A stretch of 64,000 nt of DNA from Eledone cirrhosa (taxonomy: Eukaryota). The stretch lies in contig OZ024747.1 in the NCBI GenBank assembly GCA_964016885.1, positions 32,984,001 through 33,048,000 of the forward strand, given 5' to 3'. The notes beneath the pieces were generated by a model. That model ran no database searches and had not been told where the DNA came from. It was given only the letters and a program-made list of their open reading frames with translations. Within the stretch, counting starts at the first letter, position 1, and each line of letters begins with the position of its first letter. A program made the position numbers and the translations under genes. Below, piece by piece: positions 24,905 to 37,589 of the stretch.

Positions 24905-27222
24905 TCATCATCATCATCATTTTACTTCCGCTTTTCCCTGCCTGCAACGGGTCCTATTCAGCACAGCATCTCTCCACTTGTCATGGTCCTTCGTCATCTC
25001 CTCGGTGAGTTTCAGCGATCTGAGGTCTGCTCTCATCACCTCCAACAATGTTTTACGTGGTCTACCTCTATTGCGTCTTCATTCTACTGGGATTTCTTAG
25101 CACTTCTTTATCCAGCGGTCATTCTCCATGCACATCACATGTCCATATCATCTCAGCCTTCTCTCCTACACACCATAACTTATCTCTATTATACCCAGTT
25201 TCTTTCTCAACTCGTCTATGCTTTGTCATTCACGCACATTGACATTGCACGTCCAACGGAGCATACTTGCTTCATTTCTCTCCAGCCGTCACATATCGTC
25301 TGCAGTTGCCGCCCATGTCTCACTACCATGCAGCATCGCGCATCACATAGGCATCATATAGGAGTCCTTACGTATGCAGGGAGAAACCCTTCTTTGTCAA
25401 CAAAGAAAGCAGCTGCCTAAACTTCTTCCAACCCATCCTTATTCTAGATACTATGGCCTCGGAACAACCCCCTCCCATGCTAATCTGATCACCTATGTAC
25501 CAGTAGGTATCAACTACTGATATAGAACACACCTGCATTGAAAAAATGTGTCTATCACTGCGATTAATACTGCCAACTTTCCCTGTACATCTACTGCATA
25601 CGTAGTTTTCCCTACCTGTTAGTTTGCCTGCAATCCAACTACATCTCTTGTGTACCCAAGATCTGCATTGCATACATTTTATAGAATTTATGCCAGTTTC
25701 TTTCCTACATATCGAACATGGCCATTTCCCTTTTACTCATCAACACTTTTGTCTTAGCTATGTTCACTCTCAGACCTCTTGATTCCAACTGTTGTTTCCA
25801 TAGCGTGAATTTATTCTCTAGCTCCTCTACTGATTCTGCTATAAGAACCAGATCATCAGCATATAGAAGTTCCCATGGGCATCCAGTCTTAAACTCCTCT
25901 GTTTTGGCTTGGAGGACTATAATGAACAAGAGCGGGCTGAGGACCGAACCCTGATGTACACCTACTTGTATCTGGAATTTCTCACTAAACTCCATACCTA
26001 CTCTCACTTTACTGACAGCACCCCTGTACATAGCTTGCACTGCCCTCACAAGCCATTCCTCTACACCTAGTTTCCTTAGAGACCACCAGATGACAGATCA
26101 GGGTACCCTATCAAAGGCCTTCTCTAGGTCAACAAAAGCTAAGTATAGTGGCTTATTCTTCTCTAAAAACTTCTCTTGTAGTTGCCTCACTAAGAAGAGG
26201 GCATCTGCTGTACTTTTCCGAAGCACAAAACCAAAGTGCATCTCATCTAATTTGACTCTTTCTCTAATCAGTTGCGCTAATATTATCTCTGCCACTTTCA
26301 TAACCTGATCCATCAGCTTTATGCCCTTATAATTCCTCCTCTCTAGAGCATCCCCTTTACCTTTGTAGCAATTTATGAGAATACTGCTGCACCAGTCTTT
26401 GGGTCTGACACCACCATATATAACTTGATTGATGATGTGTGCAACCAGTTTAATACCTATTTCACCTAATGCCTTCAGCATTTCAGCAACTATTTCCGAT
26501 GGTCCAGCATCCTTACCATTCTTCATTTCCTTAATTGCCTCTTGTACCCTATATTTGTCAATCTCAATAGCTTGTCCCTCTGTCAGGTCTACTGGGGTGT
26601 AATTCCTCTCTGTCACATTCGTTCTCTACATTCATCAGTGTCTCATAATGACATTTCCTGGCCTTTTTCTGATCATTCGTGACACTAAGTACACTGGCAT
26701 CAATTCGGACACATTTATCTCCAACAGCATCCTGATTTGCACTGACACACTGCCTTGCAATGCGGAACACCGCACGTCTCTGATTTTCCCGTCGCAGGAC
26801 ATTGGCAAACCTCCTACTCTCCGCCTCCCTGCATGCTAAGTACACCTAATGTCTATCTTCTCTCCTCGCAGCTGTTTATCCTTCCCTACTCCCACCATTT
26901 TTCCAAGCTTTCCATGCCAGTCTTTTGTCTCTAATGGCCTTATCTACTGTGCTGTTCCACCACCAGGTCACTCTCTGTCTGGTTGAAGCTCTGCCCAACC
27001 ACAAGTTTCTTCAGTAGCCCGCAGTAAGTTGTCACGTAAGAAATTCCAGTTATCATCTATGTCATACAACTCTAAATCGTCTTCTTTTTCGTCAAACACT
27101 TCTTGAAGGGCTTTGCTAAATTTATATTTTAACAAAAGGTCTTTTAGCTTCCAGACCTTTCTTTTCCACACCTTCCTGTATGTCTCATTCTTTCTCATGC
27201 TTACTGAGATGTCACTAACGAC
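24905..27222 (-). mobile_element. RTE-clade LINE family B (PHD-containing), decayed
   Basis: ORF pieces with AFVDLEKAFDRVP, GVHQGSVLSP, LLYADD and QCRSWVHKRC…CSRC; short 3' UTR and (GAT)n. Confidence 0.92.
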
Positions 27223-27237
27223 CAACCTATTAATAAT

Positions 27238-27529
27238 TGTTTCTACTTTTGGCACAAGGCCAGTAATTAACCAGTGTATTACTGGTACTTTATTTTATCA
27301 ACCCCGTAAGGATGAAAGGCAAAGTTAACCTCGGCGGGATTTGAACTCAGAATGGAAAGGGCTGTAACTCTTTGCGTCGAAGCATGGCGTCCGACCCTCT
27401 ACCGATACTGTTAATCTACCACCGTTTAACCTATTAATAATTGTTTCTTCTTTTGGCACAAGGCCAGCAATTACCCAGTGCATTACTGGTACTTTATTTT
27501 ATCGACCCCGTAAGGATGAAAGGCAAAGT
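27238..27529 (-). mobile_element. Full plus partial Meta-type SINE in tandem
   Basis: Full copy ~27238-27420 with aacctattaataat duplicated at 27224 and 27428; partial copy ~27442-27529. Confidence 0.88.
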
Positions 27530-27637
27530 ATTAATAATAATAGTCTATTTGTTTGCAATTATGCAAACAGCCTCTTTTTTAAAGCCATGTCAGTAGAATG
27601 AGCCACTCGTGCTTGCTCTTGTGTTGGCATGTAAACA

Positions 27638-27687
27638 GAACTGCAGATACTAATGTTTCTGGGTATTACCCTTCATCAGTTCAGTTC
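27638..27687 (-). ncRNA. Type I hammerhead ribozyme (left arm)
   Basis: gaactgaa CTGATGA a gggt aat accc a GAAA cattagt ATC tgcagttc. Confidence 0.65.
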
Positions 27688-28108
27688 ACTGTTCATCGAC
27701 CAACTATCAAAGCTACTGAAAATATATGATATTTTCTAAAATATACATTGACTTATCGGCATGTTTTGCATATTAGCAGACTGATTGATCAGTCAGATCT
27801 GCATATTAGAAGATCCACTGATCAGCCATATTTGCAAATCAGCTGACAGGCCAGTCAATTTCCTGTACACGTGCGATTCATAGCCGGCTTTTGCCATACT
27901 CAAATAAAAAAAAAAAATTATCACTTTACATGGCTGAATACAATAAATGAATGCTGATATGCAAATCCAGCTGATCAGTGGATCTTCTAATATGCAGATC
28001 TGACTGGTCAGCCAGTCTGCAAATATGCAAATCAGGCCGATCAATCACTGTATCTTTTAGAAAATAGCATATATTTTCACAAACTCTGAGAGTTTGCAGG
28101 TGAACAGT

Positions 28109-28158
28109 GAACTGCACTGGTGAAGGGTAATACTCAGAAACATTAGTGTCTGCAGTTC
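28109..28158 (+). ncRNA. Type I hammerhead ribozyme (right arm, A6->G core mutation)
   Basis: gaactgca CTGGTGA agggtaatactca GAAA cattagt GTC tgcagttc; perfect 8-bp stem I. Confidence 0.62.
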
Positions 28159-28462
28159 TGTTTACATGCCAACACAAGAGCAAAAATGAGGGGCTCATTC
28201 TACTGACATGGCTTTACAAAAGAGGCTGTTTGCATAATTGCAAACGAAACGAATATTATTATTAATATTCGTAAAACTCAGATTACATTTATGTATATAT
28301 GAATATAACTCACTGTTTGGTTTGGATTGCTTTTTCACTTCTGTATATTTTATAACCCTACAGTTAATTTAGTTGGCAATCGATGTTTATCATTGATTGG
28401 CGAACGGTTAAAAATATAGATATAAATATATATATATAGTCTATCAAAGAAAATATAGATAC

Positions 28463-28508
<46 letters not shown>

Positions 28509-28672
28509 AACCCTTGCAAGCAGGGAAAAGTGGACGTAAAATGACGATGATAATGATATGGGCTTCTTGAAGATTTCTCCCAAATGAAACAATGAAACAG
28601 TACTAGTCCTGTAGAAGCTATTTCTATATTAAATATTAACACTCTGCTAATATATCTATAAAACAACTTTTG

Positions 28673-28744
28673 TATTTTATCTGGTGAGAGTGTACCAAAA
28701 AAAAAAAAAAATGTTGGTACCCTTGAAATATATATAATAAAATA
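28673..28744 (+). ncRNA. HHR of the 4-copy PLE 3'-end family (core mutated)
   Basis: tattttat CTGGTGA gagtgtacc…ggtaccctt GAAA tatata TA ataaaata. Confidence 0.65.
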
Positions 28745-29689
28745 AATATGGTTTCATAAAGATAGTTTCCATTTATTAATATTATTGACTTATATATATA
28801 AATATATAAACACACACATAAATTATATTTTATATTTCATTTCAGGCATTTCCCTGAGTCCATGGTAAAAAGTGAAAAATTTGACACTTATAATTCTTCA
28901 ATGTAAGTTCACAAGGCTGCATATAGGCATTGACTAAGGTAACAAACATACTATGTAATTAGCAGTTATTTTATTAGCTTGTAGCTATTTAGTGAATTCC
29001 CTCCATTAGTACAGTGTCTTCTATGCCCTAATGGGGCTTTTAATGGGAGCTTTTAAATAGATGATTGTCTTATATCTCCTTGAGGTAGATGTCATTATAT
29101 CTCTGGTAACATGCCCAAAAGTGGGCTTTAGTTATAGCTGAATGCCAGAGTTATATATTTGCATGTTCAATCTCTCTCTGCAGACCCTGATTAAATTTGT
29201 TGCAGCTCTTTGTATACGTGCATGTGTGTTTATATATTTGACTTTATATTTTAGTGAAGAATACAAGAATCAGCTGAAAACTTGAAAAATAAACCCTATT
29301 GGTTCATTCCATTAGAGTAACTTGGTCTGCCCATGAACGTTTCAGCCAACCCTCATATACAAAGGAGATTAATCATTATTAATATATATACAAAGGAGAT
29401 TAATCATTATTGCAAGGTATCTATATCTATATTAAAGGTTCTTGTTAATTTTTAATATGTTACCTCTGTAACTATGTGTGTTTACACTCTTCACAAATTA
29501 TCCCCTGTGATTGTTTGATCTGTTTATTTTATATATATATATATCTCATTCAACTTTTAATTTAATGTTAATAAATGCTCAGATTTACTATTTGGAATAT
29601 TTGAGATTATTCCACAAGCTTCTGATATTCTCAGACATGGCATTTTAAATCTCATTTTAGTAGTATATATATATATATATCATCAAAGC

Positions 29690-30080
29690 TTCAGCCCAGG
29701 CAAACATCCCCTCAATTTTAGAACTGGCTGAGTTGTCCAGAATTGATGGGAAACAACCTAACGCTCTTAACTGTGCCCCTGCTCAAGAGGCTGGTGCCTT
29801 ATCTGGGACGTCACAGTTAGTGACTCTTTTGCTTCTATCCCCATCCTGGATGTAGCGGTAAAAGTGACAGCTACAACTAATCCTAAATTACTGTGTTCAG
29901 TCAGCTAACTACATGTTCCAGGTTGTGGCGATCGGGACGTTTGGGAGAGTTGGGCTACTGACAGCGAGGTTCTTATCTTCACTAGCGGATCACCAAACAG
30001 AGGTTCTTGGTTATGCTCGTGAGGGCACTTGGTTGTTCCAGCACCTCAGCCTTACCATCACCCGAGGTAGCACTGCGAGC
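29690..30080 (+). mobile_element. CRE-type RLE 3' fragment
   Basis: Degenerate LSRxDGKxPxxL…LIWDVTVSDSFA and FQVVAIGTFG…WLFQHLSLTITRG motifs. Confidence 0.6.
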
Positions 30081-31270
30081 ATGTGTGTTTGTGTAAATAT
30101 ATATGTGTGTTTGTGTGAAAGTATGTGTATTTGTGTTAATGTATGTCTGTGAGTGTGTATTTTTGTAAGTGTGGCTGTGTTTGCGCGATTATAGTTATAT
30201 GCTCATGCATATAAATGTATGTATATGCATATACACATACATGTCAGCGTGTTGAAAAAAATCCTCATCTCTTCATTTTTCTCTTTCACTCTCTCTCCAT
30301 ATATATATATATATAGTAATAATAATAAAATTGAAGACTAAAATCCAAAGAGGGCTCGATAAGGAAAATATATATCAAATATATAAGAACATGTTTTGTT
30401 TATTCCTTTACGTATTTGCATAGGTAAGTATATATTACCCGTATGTTTTGTGAAGGTATGTATACCTTCTCGTACGTATATTTGACTGTTATAGCGTATA
30501 ATTTTTACATATTCTGGTATTTAGGGTTTGGCTATGTGTATACGGGAGTTTTGCGTCCGCGTGTGTGTGCAGGTTCGTACGTATGGTGGGTGTGTGTATA
30601 TGTGTACTTCTTGTTTTAGTTGACTTACGTCTCCGAACATTCGTGTATTTATATGTAGGTATGCGTGTGCGCTTGTTATATACGTATTTATTTACTTATA
30701 TACGTTTATATAATTATTTATTTATTTGTACACAAGCATACACACACACACATATTTATATGTGCGTGGTTTTGTATACCCATGGTAAGGTTTTGCGTAT
30801 GCTTGTGTATGTACGTATCTGTTTGCGTGTATGTATTTATTTGTTCCTATTACTTCTGTATTGTATTTATTTACTTTGTTCTTAACTCTGTAGCGGAGAT
30901 TCATTTGGTCTCCTAGTTAGAATTTTAGTCTACGATTTCTGCTATACCATTTACGTAGTTTTGTCTTTGCGTGCTATTGTTCTCCACGCTCCACATATGA
31001 CTTATTATCTTCGTTTTTTCGTTCATTGCCAGAGAACGTCTCTATGCACCACCTAAGAGAACATTAGTCTACGACCTCTTTTATACCATAAACGTGGTTC
31101 TGTCTTTGCGCGTAATTGTTTTTCACCGCTCCTATTAATGACGTATTATTCGTTTTTAACCGTTCTTTGCCAGCGAACGTTACCACGAACCAAAGTATCG
31201 TCTTCCTGTCTTCCTCCGGTTGCAACGTCTTTTGAAATATCCAGTTCTGCGTTTACAGATTGACTTTGTT

Positions 31271-31321
31271 AGTTTCAGAAGATCCCGTTAAGGGTGAAAG
31301 CAGCGATTCTTTGCTTAAACT
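31271..31321 (+). ncRNA. Degenerate type I HHR (U4->A) at the 3' end of a non-coding element with a ~140-bp internal duplication
   Basis: agttt CAGAAGA t ccc gttaa ggg t GAAA gca…tgc TT aaact, then AATAAA and (TA)n. Confidence 0.5.
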
Positions 31322-31341
31322 TTAATCTGTTATTTTAATAA

Positions 31342-31377
<36 letters not shown>

Positions 31378-31417
31378 GATATTAAATAAATGGAAACTAT
31401 ATTTATAAAACCATATT

Positions 31418-31483
31418 TATTTCATTATATATATTTCAGGGATATCATATTAAAAATATGGTATGCCTTCTTCAGACAAAATA
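31418..31483 (-). ncRNA. HHR of the 4-copy PLE 3'-end family
   Basis: tattttgt CTGAAGA aggcatacca…tgatatccct GAAA tatata TA atgaaata. Confidence 0.75.
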
Positions 31484-31613
31484 CAATATAAACAGTCTTA
31501 TAAATAGATAGATTTGACATACCTTACAACTTCAACTTCCATTTAAAAAGTTGATTTATATATATATAGTGACGAAATATAAGTCAATTGTATGAACTCA
31601 TAATCCTTTATTT

Positions 31614-31669
31614 ACTGCTATATATATTTCGATGATACCCATTGAATGGCTATGACCTCATCAGGCAGT
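31614..31669 (-). ncRNA. Type I hammerhead ribozyme (separate family)
   Basis: actgc CTGATGA ggtcatagccattcaatgggtatcatc GAAA tatata TA gcagt. Confidence 0.78.
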
Positions 31670-32270
31670 TCGTCAGTTCTTAGATATGCCAGCTCTGTGT
31701 TTATAGTGTTGATGGTATCAGAGCCTTGGGACATATGAGCTTCTTAGGAATAATTTAATGTTGTCAGCAGGAATAGTCTTAATTCTCATTGGTCAGTTTG
31801 TAGATGCTAGTAGGGTTGTAGATGCTCAAAGAGGCAGGTGGTGTTGTAAAGTTCAAACCGTCAGGCAAGATGACAATAGTTCCATATGACTGATTTTCAC
31901 AAAAAGCATTCCTGGTCAGATATATATTCAAATAAGGTTAATAGTATGAAATAGATACTACAGGTCATTCTTAAATTGAGGAATTTATGTCGAGTGGTGC
32001 TACTGAAATTTATGGTTAGAGTAGAAAATTTACAAATAAAAAGACTTATGTAGGTTGGCTTGCATGTACACTCACACCCACCTCCACAGACACACACACA
32101 CACCCACACATAGAAATTGAGGATTAATGTGGGGTGGTAATACTTAAAATAATGTTTGGAGTCAAATACTTAGATAGTTTAGAAAATTTAGAAATAAAAG
32201 GCTTATGTTGGTTGACTTGTACATACACTCACACCTACCCCCTCAGACACACACACAAATCCATACAGGC

Positions 32271-32308
<38 letters not shown>

Positions 32309-32457
32309 GCACAAGTATATATCTATATATAAAATACATATACATATATCAAATACATACATATATAAAATACATATATATATAAAATATATATATATAT
32401 ATATATATAAAATACATACATATATAAAATATATACATGTATAAAATATATATACAT

Positions 32458-32495
<38 letters not shown>

Positions 32496-32603
32496 TATGT
32501 CCATTGGTCATTGGTACGGGGTGTAGGGGACCTACAGGGAGGGGTGGGCGTTGTGGGAGGCCTTAACCGGGGTTTATCCATATAGTTTGAGGAAAGTTCC
32601 CGT

Positions 32604-32657
<54 letters not shown>

Positions 32658-32879
32658 GTCACATAGTCACGTTATCTATATCTCTCTTTTGCTTTCTTGC
32701 TCTGTCCATATATATGGTAGTTGAAGTGGTGGTGGTGATGATATACCAGAAGTGTTGAAATTTGAAACTTTTAAAAGAAGTGATTCTTGAAATAAGCAAT
32801 AAAATTATTTATGTATAATCAAGAGTTACGGAATTTAGTACATAAATTATGTAATATTCATTCATTATTTATTCAAAGT

Positions 32880-33060
32880 GGTGGATTGGCAGTATTGGTA
32901 GAGGGTTGGACGCCATGCTTTCCAGCATAGTTACGTTCCTTTATGATCTGAGTTCAAATCCCGCCGAGGTTGACTTTGCCTTTCATCCTTACGGGGTCGA
33001 TAAAATAAAGTACCAGTAATGCACTGGGTAATTTCTGGCCTTGTGCCTAAAGTAGAAACA
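32880..33060 (+). mobile_element. Meta-type SINE with 16-bp TSD
   Basis: TSD attatttattcaaagt at 32864-32879 and 33061-33076. Confidence 0.9.
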
Positions 33061-33309
33061 ATTATTTATTCAAAGTAATCCAACTTATTTTACCAATGGG
33101 ATACAAACATATAAACAGGACACAGTACCATACTTCTCCCTTTATTATAGTTAGATATAAGGAACTTTCTCTTGGTTCCAGATCACCTTGTGCCATCTCA
33201 CCTAATTCAAAATTCACAGTGTATTCATCTAGATGCTGTTGTGATTCTATGACATAAACTCTCAACGTAATTTCTCAGGGAAATTCACTATGACACTGTA
33301 TAATTTGCG

Positions 33310-33860
33310 CTTTGAATTACAAGTCCAACTCATGTTTGCCAGCTGAGTGGACTGAAGCAGCTTAAAATAAAATGTTTTCCTCAAAGATACTTAGTGCCAC
33401 TGGGAATTGAACTCTCAAACTCATGTTTAAAAGCCGAATACCTGAACCACTAAGCCAATTATGTACATATATAATTATAAAGTATAAAGTCTGTCTTGAG
33501 TAGAAGCTCATCAAGCCAATGTTTATCACACTTGAGAGTACATGACCACCCCTGGACAGGACGCCAGTTCATCATAATGTTAAAGTCTGTCTCAAGCCTG
33601 AGAAGTTCATCAGGCAGGTCCTCACCTCAGTTTCTGTGGCATTAAGTAACTGAGAGTACAATACTCCTCCCTGGACATGAGTCTATGACAGGGTTAAAAG
33701 CTATTGCTGCTGGTACACATCTTCAGCTGAGTAAACAGGAGCAATGCGAAATGAAGAGTTTTTCTCAAGAACATAACTCACAACCTAGGCCAGGAAATGA
33801 ATCCACAATCTTATTATCATAAGTCCAACACACTTACCACTAGGCCACACACCTCCACAC
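33310..33860 (-). mobile_element. Old tRNA SINE fragments with V-domain-like core
   Basis: Two tRNA-like heads (tggcttagtgg and tggcctagtgg) and actggcgtcctgtccagggg on the minus strand. Confidence 0.6.
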
Positions 33861-33899
33861 TATACATATGATTAAGTTATATATGTATGGGAATTTGGT

Positions 33900-34620
33900 A
33901 TGTGTACATATATGATAGTGATTGTGTTTTAGTGTGTGTATGTGTCTATGTTTGTGAGTAGTGTGTGTGTGTGTGTGTGAATATGTATGTGTGTGTGTGT
34001 CAATGTTAATGTGTATGTGTAAAGTTGTAGGTAAAGATGTGTGTGCATGTGTATGAATATGTATGTGTGTGCATGTGCGTAAACGTGTTTATTAATATGC
34101 ATATGTGTGTGTGTATGTATGACAATGGGAATATACCTATAAATATGTGTTAGACTATATATATGTGTGTGTTTCATGACATAACCCATGTGTTACTGTT
34201 AAATAAACAGATTCATACACATGCACACACCACACACACACACTTTCACATACTAATACATTCACACACCTTTACACACATACATGTTTACACATATATA
34301 TATATTGAAACATACACACATCTTTACACATACATACACACCTTTACAAACATACACACAAAATTACACATTCACATGTATGTACACATACATACACAAA
34401 TACACATTCACACACATGTACACACAAATACATACATAAATACACATTCACACACACACATTCACACACAAATACACATTATCACACATTTATCTACATA
34501 TACATACACAAATACACATTCACACACACCTTTACACACACAAATACACACTGACAAACACGTACACATACAAATACAAATTGATTCACACACATGCATA
34601 CAAAATAAAACATATACGCC
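33900..34620. repeat. Degenerate (TG)-rich then (CA)-rich microsatellite block
   Basis: Composition switches from TG to CA at ~34200. Confidence 0.85.
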
Positions 34621-34937
34621 TAACAAAATAACAACAAAACAACAAATTTAAATAGCAACATAAAATGTAATAATAGATTCGACTTGATTGAACAGCAGCA
34701 GCAGTGGCATTGGCAGCGGCGGCGGCAGCAGCAGCAGCAGTAAATAAGGCCAGAGTGTAATTAAGTTTAATTAGGCTTAATGGATATAGGAGAAAGAACA
34801 ACAAACAACATTGGCATTGGCATCCCATAGCTCAACGTTTACTAAATAGAAATTAAAATATAAACAGCAATAAACTTTAAAAAATTACATTGTTAACTCA
34901 TTTCTTTACTATCTCTCCTCCTCATTTGTAGAATGTA

Positions 34938-34966
34938 CTAGCAGTGTATCCCGGCGTTGCACGGGT
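34938..34966 (-). mobile_element. Helitron-like 3' terminus
   Basis: CTAG terminus with the GC-rich subterminal hairpin cccggcgttgcacggg ~10 nt inside. Confidence 0.5.
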
Positions 34967-35152
34967 AAGAACACTGGTAATAGCACCTCCAATGAGAAAC
35001 GTTTATTTGTGAGTGCCTGTTAAAAACTCACAAAAACATACCGACAGGAAACTTGTTTTATTTGGAGAAAATTAAGAAGTTGAAAGAACAGTTTAGCTGT
35101 TTACGTGCATTGTTCATAGAAATATTGTTGAGCCCCTTCTTTTCATACTCCT

Positions 35153-35720
35153 CTGGTCTTTTACAATTCGAACACATGTATGTTTATATTTGTGTTTATC
35201 TCTCTTCTATGTTCAATTATATTACACGACTCAGAAAAAACTTCTTTCTTAGAGCTATTTTGAGTTTCTAACTCAGTATATGATTGTCGGCTCCATCATG
35301 TTGAGCTAATTTTAATGTTGTGTTAACCAGGCTGCTGTTTCTGGTGGCATAGGTTTTCGAGACACGCTAGGCTCTGAAGACATGTACGTTATTTCATATA
35401 GCACACAATTCTGTCTTCTAAGATTTTTAGAAGTTGAAGGATCGCTAATTTTGTCACACCTACTGAAGAGCAGAAAGTTGGTAATGTCTTCGCTTAATAT
35501 AATTTTTGCGAAACAGTTTCTATAACTGTATAGGTGTTTTCAGGCAGTTGCCCAATATAGGTTTGTTATTCTCTTTCTTGATTTACTACTTTAAATTAAG
35601 TCTGGCAAACCATATTGTTAGAGTTAGTACTTTTTCACACTAGTGAACCTGGTCCTTTACAATTCGAACACATGTATGTTTATATTTGTGTTTATCTCTC
35701 TTGTATGTTCAATTATATAT
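35153..35720 (+). mobile_element. 496-nt non-coding HHR monomer with ~70-nt terminal direct repeat (retrozyme-like)
   Basis: ctggtc.tttacaattcgaacacatg…gttcaattatat at 35153 and 35649; HHR at 35456. Confidence 0.75.
35456..35537 (+). ncRNA. Canonical type I hammerhead ribozyme, monomer-competent
   Basis: acaccta CTGAAGA gcagaaa…tttttgc GAAA cagtt tctat aactg TA taggtgt. All three stems pair and cleavage is at GUA. Confidence 0.85.
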
Positions 35721-35726
35721 GTATAA

Positions 35727-37553
35727 GTAATACTAGAGGGTGTCATACCAAAAGATTGGTGCAGTAGCATCATTGTCAACTGCTACAAAGGTAAAGGCGA
35801 TGCACTAGATAGAGGAAACTATAGAGGTATAAAGTTGATGGACCAGGTCATGAAAGTAACAGAAAGAGTTATAGCACAGTTGATTAGGGACCGGGTGAAA
35901 ATAGACGAGATGCAATTTGGGTTTGTACCAGGAAGAGGCACCACTGATGCCCTCTTCCTTGTGAGGCAGTTAGAGGAAAAGTACCTAGCTAAAATTAAGC
36001 CACTCTACTTGGCATTTGTCGACTTTGAGAAAGCCTTTGACAGAGTTCTACGTGCTGTAATCTGGTGGGCTCTTAGAAAACTAGGAGTAGATGAATGGCT
36101 TGTGAAAGCTGTACAAGCCATGTATAGGGGAGCAGTCAGCAAAGTTAGGATTAGCAATGAGTATAGCGAGGAATTTAGCGTACAGGTTGGGGTCCACCAG
36201 GGCTCTGTTCTTAACCCCCTCCTGTTCATCATAGTCCTGCAGGCAATAACGGAGGAGTTTAAGTCCGGATGCCCATGGGAACTCCTGTATGCTGATGACC
36301 TCGCACTCATAGCTGAATCTATGGTAGAACTAGAGAATAAATTCCAAACTTGGAAGCATGGACTAGAAAGAAAGGGTCTCAAAGTCAACATGACAAAGAC
36401 TAAGGTCCTTGTTAGAAGACAAGAAAACAGAACAAAGATACCCTCAGGGAAATGGCCTTGCTCAGTATGTAGGAAAGGTGTAGGTAGGAACTCCATTCTC
36501 TGCCCCAAATGCAAACAATGGGTACACAAGAGATGTAGCAGGATCTCAGGGAGCTTAATTAAGGATGTAGGCTTCACATGCAGCAGCTGTGCTGGGACAG
36601 CAAGCAGCAAACAGCCACAGGAAACAAGTACCACCAATCTCGGGGGGGGGGGGGGGGCTCTGTAGAAACAGTAGACACCTTCTGCTACCTAGGTGACCGA
36701 ATTAGCAGCGGAGGTGGGTGTTCAGAAAGTACAATAACTAGGGTAAGAACGGGATGGAAGAAGTTTAAGGAACTACTACCACTGTTAGCTGCAAAAGGCT
36801 TCTCCCTCAGAATGAAAGGCAGACTGTATGATGCGTGTATCCGAACAGCAATGTTGCATGGTAGTGAGACCTGGGCGCTGAAGATGGAAGACTTACGTAG
36901 ATTAGAGAGAAACGAAGCCTGCATGCTCCGATGGATGTGTAATAGTAATATACGTGAACGACAAAGCATAAATGATTTGAGAGAGAGATTGAGCATAAGA
37001 GGAATCAAATGCTGTGTGTAGGAGAGGCAGCTGCGCTGGTATGGACATGTGATGCGTATGAAGGATGACAGCTGCATAAAAAGGTGCAGAGCACTAGAAG
37101 TCGATTGAAACCGCGGAGTGGGGAGACCCAAGAAGACCTGGGATGAGGTGATAAAAGCCGACCTTACCCAATTACACCTCTCAAAGGCAATGACACCCGA
37201 CCGTGACCTCTGGCGTCACACAGTAATACAGAGTACCCGACCTCCCATGGGTACAAGCTGAAGCATATAGACAATATACCCCCACATCCCCCACCGCAAG
37301 GTGGTCGTGGAGGTGCCACGGCAAAAAAGCACCCAGCCCACACTGTAAAGTGGACGTGTAGGCGCCACGAAAAAGCACCCAGCACTCACTGTAAATGAGG
37401 TTGGTGTTAGGAAGGGCATCCAGCTGTAGAAATCAAGCCAAATCAGTTCCTGTATGAGCAAGGCATGGTCAGCCGACCAGACACTGCCCACAACAGAACA
37501 ACCCGTCTAACCCATGCTAGCATGGAAGAACGGACGTAAAACGGTGATGATGA

Positions 37554-37557
<4 letters not shown>
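35727..37557 (+). mobile_element. RTE family A copy, 5'-truncated, relatively young
   Basis: 276-aa RT+PHD ORF, a poly-G frameshift, the C-terminal ORF, a full 3' UTR and (GAT)n running into (TA)n. Confidence 0.95.

Positions 37558-37589
<32 letters not shown>

Larger units (their letters stand above)
27530..28295. mobile_element. HHR-bearing non-coding element with ~310-340-bp inverted arms (PLE/retrozyme-like); 3' tip displaced to 24860-24905
   Basis: 27530-27843 is the reverse complement of 27953-~28266, and the right arm to 28295 matches the displaced tip. tacatggctgaatacaataaatg is repeated at 24860 and 27927. Confidence 0.78.

Noticed and set aside
34690-34742. Poly-Ala/Gln coding repeat
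   Set aside because: An isolated (CAG)/(CGG) microsatellite without coding context.
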